From: Octopus sinensis
Lineage: Eukaryota
Length of the DNA stretch: 64,000 bases
Assembly: GCF_006345805.1 (NCBI RefSeq)
Contig: NC_042997.1
Location: 88,722,001 to 88,786,000, forward strand
Reading direction: 5' to 3'
The translations under genes and the position numbers were made by a program. Below the pieces are notes generated by a model that worked only from the letters and a program-made list of their open reading frames with translations, had not been told where the DNA came from and ran no database searches. Position 1 is the stretch's first letter. Each line of letters starts with the position of its first letter. Shown here piece after piece: positions 49,301 through 64,000 of the stretch.

Positions 49301-52215
49301 TTCCATAAGATGGTACGATGTGACTTGAGGGAAATTTGACTGCTCTGTCAAGTTAAAAAGCTATATAGAGGCTCTTTTCGTTGACTTGCTCATTAGCAGG
49401 AGGTAATGGTTGAGGTCAGGGTGCACTGAAGTCCATGAATGTTTGTGAAGAGGAGGAAAAATTGTTCAGAAGATATAACGAGATTCTTATTTTCTTTCAT
49501 TGTAACATTTACGTTTCTTTTATTTGTGGGAAGAGAAAGAGCAAACCATCTAAAAATCAATCAAACCATCTAAAATCATGTAACATATGTAGGCCATCTA
49601 AAATCGGATCGAGTGGGCTTCTTGTAATCCAGTATTCACAAGGGTGCCATTTTAAAACTACGGCAGAGAAACAAGAGACAGTGGATTAGCTAACAAGGTT
49701 ACTTACGAAGAGGTTACTCATTGGACCGGGTCTCTTTTCGGTCTGGTTGCATTTTTACATTTTGATATACAGTGGTACTTCCTGAGTTTTCCTTTTTTTC
49801 TTTAGGTATAGTGTAAATAGGGATACATTATCTAATGTTTATCCATCCAAAACGGAAGAGATGTAAATGCCATTTCTAGAAAGCTGAGCGATCGTGTAAA
49901 TTTATGATTCAGTTGGTTGTTGACTTAAATACTCTCTCAAAGGATCAGTTATTCGTGAAGTAAATGCAATAACATAAAACATTATTCTTTGAAAATCACA
50001 GTCATCGCTGAAATTACTTGTTCCTGCTGCTGCTGTTGTTGTAGATGGATTGTTGCCAGTGGATTTATGGTATAAAGGTTGCGAATATGTTGAATCAGGG
50101 TTTCTCGCTCTAATCAACTTCTCTTTATTGTATGATACATGCTTCAAAATTTATTATTTAAAACACGTAGACCTCATTTCATAGTTGGTAAAAAGTTTGA
50201 TGAAGAAGATTTGTTGACTAGATTGAATAAATCGAGCGAATATACAGAAACTTTCTCTCGGTAAATCAAAAGAAATCAAGAAAACTGTCCATGAAAGAGT
50301 TCTCGAGAGTAAACGTGACACAAGCAAAATTCGAAAATAAAAATGTGGGGTGGGGGGAATTATTTTACACTATAAGCTTGAGTAATAAAGAAAATAAGAT
50401 TCATAAACACCTTCTCTTTTACCTGTTATTGTTTCTGTTGGAATCACAACTTATAGTATACTTATATGGTCATGGCCATTAAACCTTACCATACCAAGTT
50501 AAAATGAAGGGTATGTTGGCTGATGTAGTGTTGGTCACATTATCTGCAAATAAGATTGGATGGTTGTGGCTGAAACACTTTAATCATTAAGTAAAATCCA
50601 GAAACGGGAGAATCCGGTGTGGATCACAACACCCCGGGCTCTGTAAATCTCTTGCTCCGTAAACTTATAGTTTACTTTTTCAGCTCTATGGTCCTCCTTT
50701 CACTTCCTTCGTTCATTATTGTAATTACCCTTGTATAACAGTATACAGACTGTCCCTTCTTTATCTTGACAAAACGCCTGTGCTCGAGTTGATAATTGTT
50801 CTTTATCCGCGAGGCAATTATATATGCACTCCATTTATGATAATTAATTTTTTGTTACTACTATTCTTAATTTAATTATAGGGCTACCTGACCTGGAGTT
50901 AAATAATGATAACAAGAAAAATATACATTTAATGGCTGTTAAGATTTCTGAGTTTAAGTTAGAGTCAATGGTAGTACTCGTTAAAATGGCTACTGTTACG
51001 TAAAAACTCGATACTACAGATATCTGTTTGGTAGACTGAATGTGTAGTGAATATCTACAACAGCGTTTCTTAGACATTTACCTACCTCTACGTAGTACAC
51101 GACAGTTTCTATACAGCTATATAGATATCTATAGTTAGTATGTAACTAACTACTATCAATAGTTAATGGTGTCACTATATTAAGTTTACATATGTACAAA
51201 CTTCCTTTCTTCAATTACTACCTACAGGCTCTTTGTACGAAACAAATATAACAGAAGATTTGTAGGTTTTGCATTTATCTTGTATATGACGGCAAGCTGG
51301 GAGAATCGTTAGTACGCAGGGCAACATACTTAGCGACATTTCGTCCATCTTTATATTCTGAGTTCAAATTCTGCCAATGTGGACTTTACATTTCATCCTT
51401 TCAAGATCGATAAAAATAAAGTATCAGTTGAGCACTGGGAGATTGACGTAATCGACTTACTCTCTCGCCCCGAAATTGCTGGCTTTGTGCCAAAATTTGA
51501 AATCAATATTTACAAATTGTGTCCATGTAGCAGGCGTCGCCAGATTCTCTGTATGACTACTTTTCAGTCGGCGTGTAATCTACACACTGTCAGTATCTGG
51601 TTTAATGCGAAAGAAAAACAATTAATAAAGACGAATAAAATTCTATCAGAATTATGACGTTGTTTTCTTTTGTTTTTGTCAGATGTTAGATAAAAATAGT
51701 ACGATATAATGACGAACAGTTCCCATGTTACGATGCCATGAAACATATTCTGTCATGTATTAAATGAATATATTTATAAACTTTACATCATTGCTACCAG
51801 GGAAGAGGAAAATGAGATAGGAGAGAAGAGGGAAGGCGTCGAAAGGAAAATAAATCGCTGCATGACTTCTAAATATACACCGTCAATTCCTTTACATTGA
51901 AATAAACTGTCAGATGCAGAAGATCTAGCGTCTTATGGGTTGAATTTCAAACATTGGGGGGACAGCCATGGAAATAATAGCAAGGAACTCGATGGAACCG
52001 AAATATAAATATCAACGTATTTTACTCTATTCACAGTGACAGATCCACTCCTATTTTGAGGGCCATTAGATGCGGATTTCATTTAGCTTTCTTTCGTAAT
52101 CATAAATAATGTCGATATTTTCGCATCCAATACCTGGGTTTCTTTTTTATATATTGATCCCTTCCTTTCTCATACCCAGGCATAACAGACATATATATAT
52201 ATATATATATAATAT

Positions 52216-52287
<72 letters not shown>

Positions 52288-52517
52288 TAATAAAGAAAAC
52301 AATAATTCTTTCTACTATGGACACAAAGTCTGAAATTTTGAGGTGTGGGAAATCGATTACATTGACCTCAGTGTTTCAACTGGTATTTATGTTTATCGAT
52401 CCTGAAATGATGAAAGGCAAAGTCAATCTGAGCAAAATTTGAACTCAGAACGTAAAGCCGGAAGAAATGACGCTAAACATTTTGTCTGGCGTGCTAACGA
52501 TTGACAACTCTCTACCT

Positions 52518-52556
<39 letters not shown>

Positions 52557-52560
52557 AAGA

Positions 52561-52621
<61 letters not shown>

Positions 52622-52622
<1 letters not shown>

Positions 52623-52995
52623 GAAATTACTCTCGTGGCTTCTGATCTTAACTGATTGAAAGTGTTGTGATGTACATGCTTTGTGTTGGTGTAAAAGATG
52701 GACTACAGTAAATGCCCTGCTCAGTACCACAGATTTGCTTGTCATTTGCATGACCATGACCACCAGAACATGTCCCTTTGCAGCTAACGATATGTGCACC
52801 TCTGATCACAAGCTGAAGTAGTAGGAGAACATCATAGCCATGTGTTGAGAGGAATTCTTTGAGGTTTGAATAATTCACCTCTGGAAACGGGTGTTTCGTT
52901 CAACATCATTAAACAACCCTTATTCAAGAACCTTTTGAGCGGGATGGGCTACTCGACCTGAACAAAATTCTAACTGGACCTCACCTGCATGTCAC
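52622..52995 (+). mobile_element. Partial copy of the 560-bp TAA-tailed repeat
   Basis: GGCTTCTGATCTTAACTGATTG...ACCACAGATTTGCTTGTCA...AATAATTCACCTCTGGAAAC matches 26460-27019. It follows a (TAG)n run. Confidence 0.7.
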
Positions 52996-53789
52996 CCGCT
53001 GTCTATCTTGATGTGAAATCCTCAAAATTGCTGGCCTTGTCCCCAAATTTGACAGAATATTATAAAGGTGCATCTGACTGCTACACGAATATTAGTATCA
53101 CAAGGGCAGCGAGCAAGCCGAATCGATTGCACGCCGGGCAAAATTCTTAGCGGCATTTCGTCAGTCTTTTCGTTCGGTCTGAGTTCAAATTTCTCCGAAG
53201 TCGACTTTGCTTTCATCCTTTCGGGTTCGATGAAATAAGTACCGGTTGAATACTGGGGGTGGGGCGATTACATCGATTTACTTGCTGGCCTTGTGCCAAA
53301 ATTTGAAACCAATATCAGTGTCACGATAATTTTCGATATATTGGATAAAGGTAAAAGTAAAGTTTCTTTCTAGTGTCACACCGACCGACTGACAAGGGCT
53401 ATTTTCCCGGTTTCCATGGCGTATAAATTTCCTGGTTTGCCGGATTACTCTTTTTTGCCAGCTGAGTGGACTACTGGAACAAAGTGAAATGAAGCGTTTT
53501 GCTCAAGAATATAACGCGTCGCTCGGTCCAGGAATGGAAACTACAACCTTACGATCATGAGTTCAACGTCCTTACCACAAAGCCACGCGCTTTTACTCTT
53601 TTCATATATTTGGTAAAACTTACTTGAAATACCTAACAAACAAGTAAAATCTACCAATAATAATCAGTATAATCTAGAAACATCGCATTTTAAAATTTCA
53701 ATGTTCCATGTTACAAATTGCAAGGCTCAATTCAATCCTATTATTTACGAAGTGGAGCATTTCGTAATAATAATTCTTTCTGCAATAGG

Positions 53790-54610
53790 TAAAAGGCTTG
53801 GAATTTTGGGGGTGGGGCAGGGGTAGGATAAGTCGTTACATTGATCACTGTGCTCAACTAGTACTTATTTTATCGATCCCCAAAGGATATAAGGCAAAGT
53901 TAACCCAATGGAATTTGAAAGTTGCTAAGTATTTTGTCCGGCGTGCTAACGATTCTTATTTCTTTACTTCCCACAGGGGGCCAAACATAGAGAGGACAAA
54001 TAAGGACAGACAAAAAGATTAAGTCGATTACATCAACCCCAGTACACAACTGGTACTTAATTTATCGACCCTGAAAGGATGAAAGGCAAAGTCGACTTCG
54101 GCGGAATTTGAACTCAGAACGTAATGGCAGACGAAATACCTATTTCTTCATTACCCCCAAGGGGCTAAACACAGAGGGGACAAACAAGGACAGACAAACG
54201 GATTAAGTCGATTATATCGACCCCAGTGCGCAACTGGTACTTAATTTTATCGACCCCGAAAGGATGAAAGGCAAAGTCGACCTCGGCGGAATTTGAACTC
54301 ACAACGTAACGGCAGACGAAATACGGCTACGCATTTCGCCCGGCGTGCTAACGTTTCTGCCAGCTCGCCGCCTTAAAGCGAACTTTATAATAATAATAAT
54401 GATTTCTGAGTTAGGCACAAGGCCAACAAATTTGAGGGGTGGGTGTTAATCGATACCATCGATTCCAGTAATTGACTTGCACTTTATTTTAACGACATTC
54501 GGAAGAGATGAAAGGCAAAGTTGACTTTGGTGGGATTTGAAGCCAGAACGTAAAGAGATAGAACAAATACCGCAATACAGTTTCATTTCTGACGTTCTGT
54601 CGTTTTTACC
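53790..54610 (-). mobile_element. Cluster of family-A SINEs, including a young CpG-rich copy at about 54142-54375
   Basis: Repeated TTTATCGACCCCGAAAGGATGAAAGGCAAAGTCGACCTCGGCGGAATTTGAACTC modules. Confidence 0.8.
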
Positions 54611-55194
54611 AGCTCATCATTCTCTGTATAAACTCGATGTCTATGATTAAAGGGATTTTCCTCTTTTAACTATTATGCTGTCCTCCTCTGCAAAACAATA
54701 AGTAAATAAAAAAAAACCCCAAAAAACCCCCCAAAAACAAAACAAGAAACAGATAATTGCATAGGACTGAAAAACCTAATTTTTTCAATTTACTGTTTGT
54801 CATAGATTCTGTTTAATGAAACGTTGAGAGTTTTCCAAGATCGTATCTCTAGTATGCATGAGGCATGGTCCAGGGAATTCAAATATCCATTCTCCGACAA
54901 AAGGCAGTCAGTCGATTTACGGTGTCTTGTTGTAGGATTGAGGTATAACGTATGAAACATTAAAATCGTTCAGATTCTTAAATCTGGCGACTCACGCGGG
55001 TATTTTTTTTTCAATATCTGTACATTTATAGGTGCAACTTCCCTGTGTTCTTAGAAAGTTCGTTTCGCAACAGCGAGATTTCTGGACCTGTCCTATTGCG
55101 CGGCACTATGTGCAAATGTTTTCTACTACAGCCTTAGCCGACTGTCATGTGAATGAATTTGATGGCCGGTAGCGATGCAGAAGCCCATCATTTA

Positions 55195-55515
55195 TACATA
55201 CATACATACATACATACATACAACATACATACATGCATACATGCATACATGCATACATACATACATATATACATACATACATACATGCATACATACATAC
55301 ATACATACATACATACATACATACACACATACATGCATACACACATACATGCATACATACATACATACATACTCACATACATACATACACACATACATAC
55401 ATACATACATACATACATGCATACATACATACATACATACATACATACATACACATACATACATACATACATACATACATACATACATACATACATGCAT
55501 ACATACATACATACA
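55195..55515. repeat. (CATA)n compound microsatellite
   Basis: Direct reading. Confidence 0.9.
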
Positions 55516-55731
55516 AGCACACACCTACATAGATACACACATATTTTGATTGACCAAGATGTGCTATGGGATCGCACTCGAAAGCAAACGGTTGCAGTGA
55601 AAACTTCTTAATTACACAGTCATGCCTTTCGCTATCTTCTCTTTCCTTCTCTTTCTCTATTCATTACACACGCAGTGCACACATACATGCATACATACAT
55701 ACATACATACATACATACATACATACATACA

Positions 55732-55762
<31 letters not shown>

Positions 55763-56265
55763 GTATACACACACATACACACACGTACGCTCGCACTCAA
55801 AGACAAGTTTATTTAGTTCATCTATTATTTAATAAAATGGCCAATACGTGTGTGTGACTATGCACCTTCATATGCAATATCTCGCTCCATTTGATATAGC
55901 GAGCAATGAGTCATTCGCTCCTGTTGAATTTATTAATATAACCGTCTGGAACAAAAAGAAAAATATGTCTGACAATAGCCACTCCGCGACTCTTCCTTCC
56001 GCCATCTCGTTTTAGACATACCTTAGTTGTTCTCTTTCTCTAGAAGAGTTCCACTTACAAAATAGCTGCACTTAATGAACTTGAAGTGTTCTAATAGTTT
56101 GTAGGGAGGTCGATAGTAACATCGAGTTCAATATCCACCCTTCTATTCCCCCCTCTCTCACCTAGCTCTTTCTCTCTCTCTCTCTCTCTCTCTTCCTCTC
56201 TCTCACACACACATTCTTTTGTCTGTTAGTCTTGCTTGTTTAATATCTATTTTCGTACCCTTCAT

Positions 56266-56314
<49 letters not shown>

Positions 56315-56606
56315 CATACATGTGTGCATATGGCTATATACCTACGTCTCTCTTATTCTTTCTCGCCCACACACACGCTCTCTCTTGCAACCATTTTCTC
56401 TCCCTTTCACTCGTTCTCTCAGTGATTGACATTTCTTTCATACAGGAAATAAAAGTCTTCTCGATTGACTGCCTCGGCAAAATAAATAAATAAACGCAAA
56501 ATAACAATCAAAATAAACAAATACTACTAATAGTAACATAACGTAAATGTGCCACTAACAACAATCGTGTCACGAACCAACCATCCTGCATATGTGAATG
56601 TGTGTA

Positions 56607-56673
<67 letters not shown>

Positions 56674-56810
56674 ACGCACGCTCACACAAACATACACATA
56701 TACATATACAAATTTATATATGAGTATATGTATGAGTTTATGTAGGTGTATATTTATATATATACATACATACATACACACATACACACACACACGCACA
56801 CACACACACA

Positions 56811-56870
<60 letters not shown>

Positions 56871-57096
56871 GTATATATACACGTCTAAAATGGCAGTCCA
56901 TTAATGATAAATCATCCTTAATGACAGTACAAATATGTATTGTCATTAACGCACTATATCAGAATATTTATGTGTGTGCATATGAATATATATATATGTG
57001 TGTGTGTGTGTGTGCACGTGTGTATGTATGCATGTATGTATGTACATATTTCATTCCCTAACTGCATTATGTATTGTTTTTGTTTATGTAAACATA

Positions 57097-57139
<43 letters not shown>

Positions 57140-57186
57140 GATAAAACCAACAACAACAACAACAACAATAATAATAATAATAATAA

Positions 57187-57550
57187 AAGTGCACCACATA
57201 TACTATATAGTTGATGTTGCATGTTCCTTTGACACACGAATAGTCGAGAAAGCGAGAAAATAGATAAATACAACCCTCTTAAGTACGAAAGAACCCGACC
57301 ATGGAAAATGAAGAAGGTGAAGATAGTGCCAATTATTGTTGGGTCCTTGGGAACAGTATCAGAGGGCATCAATGGGAATATAAAGGAAATTGGAATAGAG
57401 TGCTCAGCAGAACTGTTATAAGAGGTTTACCTCCTTTGCACGGCCAAAATAATCAGGGAAGTAGCTGAAAAGGACGGATATCATGGTACTGCAGGCTGCA
57501 GGTAGCAAGCTCGCAACGCATGCAAGACTCCAGGAGCTTCAACATAACAG
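57187..57550 (+). mobile_element. R4/Dong-clade RLE C-terminus plus 3' UTR ending in (TAA)n
   Basis: IVDVACSFDTRIVEK, KY.PLKYE, W.MKKVKIVPIIVGSLGTV and IGIEC..ELL...LLCTAKIIR. The 3' UTR resembles that of 27038-27130. Confidence 0.8.
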
Positions 57551-57575
57551 TAATAATAATAATAATAATAATAAT

Positions 57576-57805
57576 TACACCAAGACAAAACATGTTCATG
57601 ATTGGAAGTGCTATCATGTACATGGTTTGACTTGGAGTAAAAGATGGGTGATAGCAAATATTCTGCGCAAAACCACAGATTTGCTTGTTAGTTGCTTGAC
57701 CATAACCAATTGAGCATGTCTCTTGATGGCCGACAATATGTGCATCTCTGATAACGAGCAGGGGTAGTGGGGGAGCATCAGAGCCATGTGTTAAGGAATT
57801 GTTGG

Positions 57806-57882
<77 letters not shown>

Positions 57883-58087
57883 TGCCGCATACATACATAT
57901 GTGCATACGTTCTCTCTCATTCTTTCTCGCCCCCACTCACACATACTCTCTCCTTTGGAAATATGGGTGTTTCGTTCAACATCCTTATTCAGGGACCTTT
58001 TGAGTGGGATCAGACAGGTAGTCATGATTGGACTTCGTGTATTGTACCCCAATGTCACTTTGATGGCATGCGCTGCTCTCTCACTCA
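57576..58087 (+). mobile_element. 560-bp TAA-tailed repeat copy, interrupted by (TA)n
   Basis: Ends CCCCAATGTCACTTTGATGGCATGCGCTGCTCTCTCACTCAATAATAATAAT, as at 26460(-). Confidence 0.75.
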
Positions 58088-59048
58088 ATAATAATAATGA
58101 TAATAATAATCTATATAATTATCTGCTTGTTCGTTCGCCCGTTATACATTAGTTAGAGAGGTGGAGGTGGAGTGAAAGTGAGAGAGAGAGAGAGGGAGAG
58201 AGGGAGGGCGGAGTGAAGAAAGAAGAAAAGAAGTAGAGCTAGGTGATTAATATTAATACACTTAGTCCAAATTGTCACGTGGTCAGCTGAAGGTAGAGGC
58301 AAAGAACGAGAGAAAAAGATGACGGGAGAAAAAGAGGGAGAGAAGTAGATAACGTTGTTGTTGTTGGTGGTGTGTTGATATTGAAAATAATTTTTTATTT
58401 AATTAATTTTTTTATAGCAGCCATCGCATACGAATAAGCGCAATTATTTATCGTCTGCTCGCTTAAAAATTGATATTTTGTTTATAAGGGTTAATTTAGC
58501 CTAAACTCTGGATATAGTAAAAAGAGGATTAAGACGACACCGAGAATATTTATAGAAAGCTAAACTATAAATGCTATAAAATGCAAATCCTTTCTTTCTT
58601 AAATAGGCCCTCTTAATTTTTTCTATTCCGTGGAATATACACGGGTCCTACTAGTAATAATAATTATAAGAAGAATACCTCGTCGTATATGTGTGTGTGG
58701 TGTGTGTGTGTGTGTGTGTGTGAATGCCTTTTTGTCTCTGTCTGTCCCCCCAGTAACGCTTGACAACCGGTGTTGGTGTGTTTACGCCTCCGTAACTTAG
58801 CGGTTCGGCAAAAGAAACCGATAGTGTTAGTACCAGGCTTAAAAAATGTATTAGAGACGATTCATTCGACTGAAAATTTTTCAAGGGTAATCAAAATTCC
58901 TGAATATATGGTGTGTGTTTTCATAGTTCTTCGCTATCCCTATGAAATGTGGGATGTCTATAGACAATATGTCAAATTACTGGAACGGTTTCATGAAAGA
59001 TTTCTCGGCAATTTCCACATACCGAAACGCTTGGGAATATAGGGTTGC

Positions 59049-59630
<582 letters not shown>

Positions 59631-60664
59631 GTTATTTACCTGTCTATGTACCTCTTTTTCTTTCTTTCTTTCTTTTTTCCTCCCCACATCTCTCTCTGAG
59701 CGCGCATATACACACACAAACACGTAAGACGAGTTTTTAAAACTTAATTCCTCTAACAAAATATTAGATCACCCTAGAACTAGATTAAAAGACACGAAAA
59801 CAAAAACACTTGAACACTCTGCTTTGTAGCGGGGCTGGATCTATTGTTGCACCTATAGGAGGACAGGCTATCATCTGTTGACCGATTCTGTCCAACAGTT
59901 TACTGTCAATGTAGAGGTCAAGTTGTTTTATTCAGTGCTAACAAAAAGAGTGTCCAGGTTCCTATCATTGAACGAACTGATAAACACCTCAGTACAGAAA
60001 TCTGGTGTTTCGAGATTCCTAGACTGCTTTGATAATGCCCAAATAGTTTAGAGCCAGCATGTTAAGAAGAGAAGTGATCCTAAGGTTGACTGGCTTAATA
60101 TGGCAAATGCATACGGGCCAGTTCTTCACGCTCTGATACACAAAACATATTTGCTTTTGTACTCCAGGATATGTATGGGAATTTATACAGCACTCTGGAT
60201 CAGTATTCATGCGGTTTATCACCAATGAATTGACAACCAACTGGAAGGTATTGGCGATTATAAGTATGTTGATGGAGTGCACCTTTTCTCCGATCCTTTT
60301 TGGTATGGCTATAGAGTTGGAATTGAGAGATACCAGAAGTTAATCGGGGGAAAGGAAGATTGGAAGACACATGGTATTATCACAACTACGCGCTTTTATG
60401 GAGGACATTACTTCGTTGTGGAAAGAATGGAAAAAGCAAAATTTCTCCTTGCGTGAATAGATGAGCTATTCTAGTTATGTCAACTGCACACCAGAGCCTG
60501 CCCATCTCCCAAAAAATCGTAATCTGTTTACTTAGGGACGGTCATGTTAAGGAATTTCCCTTTGAAGTTAAAGGGAAACTGATTCTAACGACCAAGGGTC
60601 AGACAACTAAGAGCCTTGGCTGTATCTATGTAGTGCAGTATATACATACATATAATATATATAT

Positions 60665-60698
<34 letters not shown>

Positions 60699-60699
<1 letters not shown>

Positions 60700-61172
60700 A
60701 AATTCTTAATAATATTAGGGAATATAAAATTCCAAACTTACAGGAAAAAATTCAATTTAGCAATACTAAATCAAATTTCACAATATATAATACATGTATA
60801 TAATTAAGAGAAAAAAACCTCTACTAAGCAATTCAATTGATAATGAAAGATATTATCTATATTAAATCATATAGAAAAATCTAAATATATCATAATAAAT
60901 ATTATTCTAAAAATCACTACATTAAATATTATTATTAAAATTATTATTCTAAAAATTAAAATTATTATTCTAATAAATATCATTATTAAAATTATTATTC
61001 TAAAAATCACTAAATTAAATAAACATTTAAATAAACATAATGTTTATTTAATTTAGTGACTTTTAGAATAATATTTATTATAATATATTTATATATTTTC
61101 TATATGATTTGATATAGATAATATCTTTCACTATCAATTGAATTACTTAATAAAAGTTCTTTCTCTTGATTA
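60699..61172. mobile_element. AT-rich fold-back element, homologous to 4591-4854
   Basis: Arms 60801-60919 and 61054-61172 are imperfect reverse complements. It has an internal tandem ATTAAAATTATTATTCTAAAAAT and the shared AATATTAGGGAAT leader. Confidence 0.7.
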
Positions 61173-61488
61173 CACACACACACACACACACACACGCACA
61201 TATATACGTGTGTGTGTGTGTGTGGGCGTGTGTGTGTCTGCGTGTGCGTCTTTGTACTTTCCTAGCCTCTCCACTATCTCTCACGATGCTGATTTGTTTA
61301 TTCACCTGCAAATTAGCTGTTCTTCAGAAACAAGACCGATAGAGTATGTATCAGATTTAAAATAAGTATTATGATCCATACCTTTGACTAAACTGTACAA
61401 ACGGTATCCCAGTATGGCTGCAACTTAATTACTAAAGCAAGTAAAATAGTAAGCGCGCGCGCGTATATATATATATATATGTAATATA

Positions 61489-61559
<71 letters not shown>

Positions 61560-61566
61560 ATATATC

Positions 61567-61604
<38 letters not shown>

Positions 61605-61693
61605 CACACACCATATACATATATATATATACATACATACATACATACACACATACATACATACATACACACACAAAACACACACACACCACA

Positions 61694-61729
<36 letters not shown>

Positions 61730-62897
61730 TCATGCAAACACGCACACATATACATGAGCATGAAAAGAAGACAACATAAGAAAAGAAGCAGAAATTTTTA
61801 CAAATTCTTTATTAGTTTAACGCTTAACAAGAAGAGAAAAGTTAAGACGTTTCAGATGCTAGTCCTTTAGCAGGAGAAAGATAAAAATAAATATAAATAA
61901 GAGGAAAATGAATGAGAAGATGTGGTTGGGAAAGAATGGAAAAAGGAGTGGGGGTCAGGGACCGAGTAGGAATGGGGGTTCTATAAGGTTCTATGAGGGA
62001 GGGGAAGTTAGGAAGGGAGGACGGCAGGGTGATGTATGCATGTATATATATAGGAAAGTATCTGTGCATATAAACGGGCACAGGGAGATGTGTGAGTGGA
62101 TTTTTTTGTGAGTGTGCTATTTCTTTGGGAGGGGTATGTGTGTGAAGGTGTGCGAGTATGGAAGTGTAGTGGCGTGGAGTAGTGGGATGTGTGGGAGGAT
62201 GGCGTTCGGTGCCATCGAAGTACCAATATATGAGATGAATGTATAGAAGGGGAAGGTGAGACAGGAGCATGTAGAGGTGAAAGGGAAGGAATGTAAGATG
62301 TGATATTTAAGAAGAAACACCGAAGAAGTATGTAAATAGTGATAATTATAAAAAGGGAAATGATACCACAGGTGAAAAATCTGCAGAGGTTTTGTAACAA
62401 ATGCAATGACCGGAGAAAGTAGAAGCAGAAAAAAGAAGGCAGCTGAAGTGGACATGGACAGGGACAAAACGAAAAGGGAGGTAATTTACAGTTAAACGGC
62501 AAATAAAAAAAGTAAATATATATATAAGAATTAAGTCAATACGTAAAAAGATAAAATTAAAATAAAAGAAGCATAGGGGAAGAGTCTGTGAGGGCTACAA
62601 GAGAAGGGAAACCTGTTGACGGTGGTTAATTCTCTCGATCGTATTCGTCGGTGGTATGTATGTATGTATGTATGTATGTATGTATGTATGTATGTATGTA
62701 TGTATGTATGTATGCATGTATGTATGTATGTATATATATATATTTTTTAATTCTATAACTGCTACCTCTGATGAATGGAAGGTTACATAATCGGATTGTT
62801 AATATGAGTGTGTGTGTGTGAGCGTAAGTGTATGCGGGTGTGTATATGTTTACGTGTATAGGTAGATATCTATATACTATATACATACGTATATATA

Positions 62898-62950
<53 letters not shown>

Positions 62951-63637
62951 TATATAATTATATTCACTTACACACACATGTAAATACGCACGCAAAGTAT
63001 TCCACCAATTCTGTAAGACCTTTTGTAGATAAATCTCAGATACATCATTGTCTTGGCAGCTATATAACTTTGTATTCAATCTAGATACCAAGTAAAGGCT
63101 AAGAGTAAAGCAAGCAAAAAACAAGGAAAAATATGACCGATAAGATGTAAACGTGCCTGATGTATCTATTTTGGTCGATGCATACACACATGCATTTATA
63201 CATACATGCATGTATATATATGTTTTTAATGTATTATTCTCCTTGTCCTGTCTTTCATTGTTTTTATTTGTATTGGTTTTACTGTCTTGTTTTGTTTTTA
63301 CTGTCCTGTTCTTGTTACCACTTTTACCCCTCCGCAAAAAATCCCAAATTTTATTTAATTTGCTTTGCGGGAAGGACTGTTTCAACGAAGTCGCGTCTTG
63401 TCCGAAACAGGGACAACTGAAGAAGGGGAGTGTTCCTTGTGTTGTATGTCTTGTACTCAGTTTTTTCGTTGTTTGAAAAAAAAGGCCGTTTCCATGTTTC
63501 TGTCTTTATGTTTTCGTTTCTCATTGTGTTCAACGTTTTTTGGGTGTCCGTACCCATATATGCATGTATATATACATATAGATGTAGGTATGTACATATA
63601 TGTATGTTTATATGCATATGTTTATATATTATTTTGT

Positions 63638-63733
<96 letters not shown>

Positions 63734-64000
63734 ACATGTGTGTGTGTGATATCAAGTTTTGATCTGCCATACATGTTGTAATTCAAAACTTGATCAGGTG
63801 AAATCAGTACACAGTAACTGGGTTAGCCGAGCGTGTGTTTGTTCCGAGTAATTTACTGCATGTCCTCAGATATTACATTATAGAATGCATGTTTATAACG
63901 TTGATGAAAATCCTCTTCCATCACCTACTCTTCTTTCTCTTCTTCTTACGCTTCCGCTTCATCATCATTAATAAAACAGTAATTGGTTCTTTCACTGTTG

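Noticed and set aside
59790-60460. Complex sequence possibly from a decayed non-LTR RT on the minus strand
   Set aside because: No unambiguous RT motif could be read in any frame.
61846-61873. Hammerhead-like CUGCUAA-AGGA-CUAGCA-UCU-GAAACGUC on the minus strand
   Set aside because: Two core substitutions and no stem I. It is at most a dead relic, so it is not listed as an RNA feature.

Overview
Repeat-rich, AT-rich animal genomic DNA. The SINE and microsatellite load suggests an octopus or other cephalopod; this is inference. The only protein-coding gene I can support is the 3' end of peroxisomal Lon protease (LONP2) on the + strand. It has five exons at 1-37 (partial), 1960-2172, 6588-6785, 11075-11185 and 12693-12806, with the Ser/Lys dyad motifs and a terminal SKL. 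The rest of the window is transposon-derived or simple repeat: a decayed full-length mariner, a near-intact RTE LINE (about 19.1-22.6 kb), CR1, Tx1/L1, L2-like and R4/Dong-like LINE fragments, a hAT MITE and many tRNA-derived SINEs. The most notable signal is a dispersed set of Penelope-like (PLE) remnants. They combine type I hammerhead ribozyme motifs, fold-back inverted repeats and (TA)n flanks, and two carry GIY-YIG remnants. One is a perfect 69-bp inverted pair of hammerheads at 40.7/41.2 kb. Other observations are R4/Dong ends travelling with a TAA-tailed partner repeat, and a CpG-depletion boundary near 17.2 kb.
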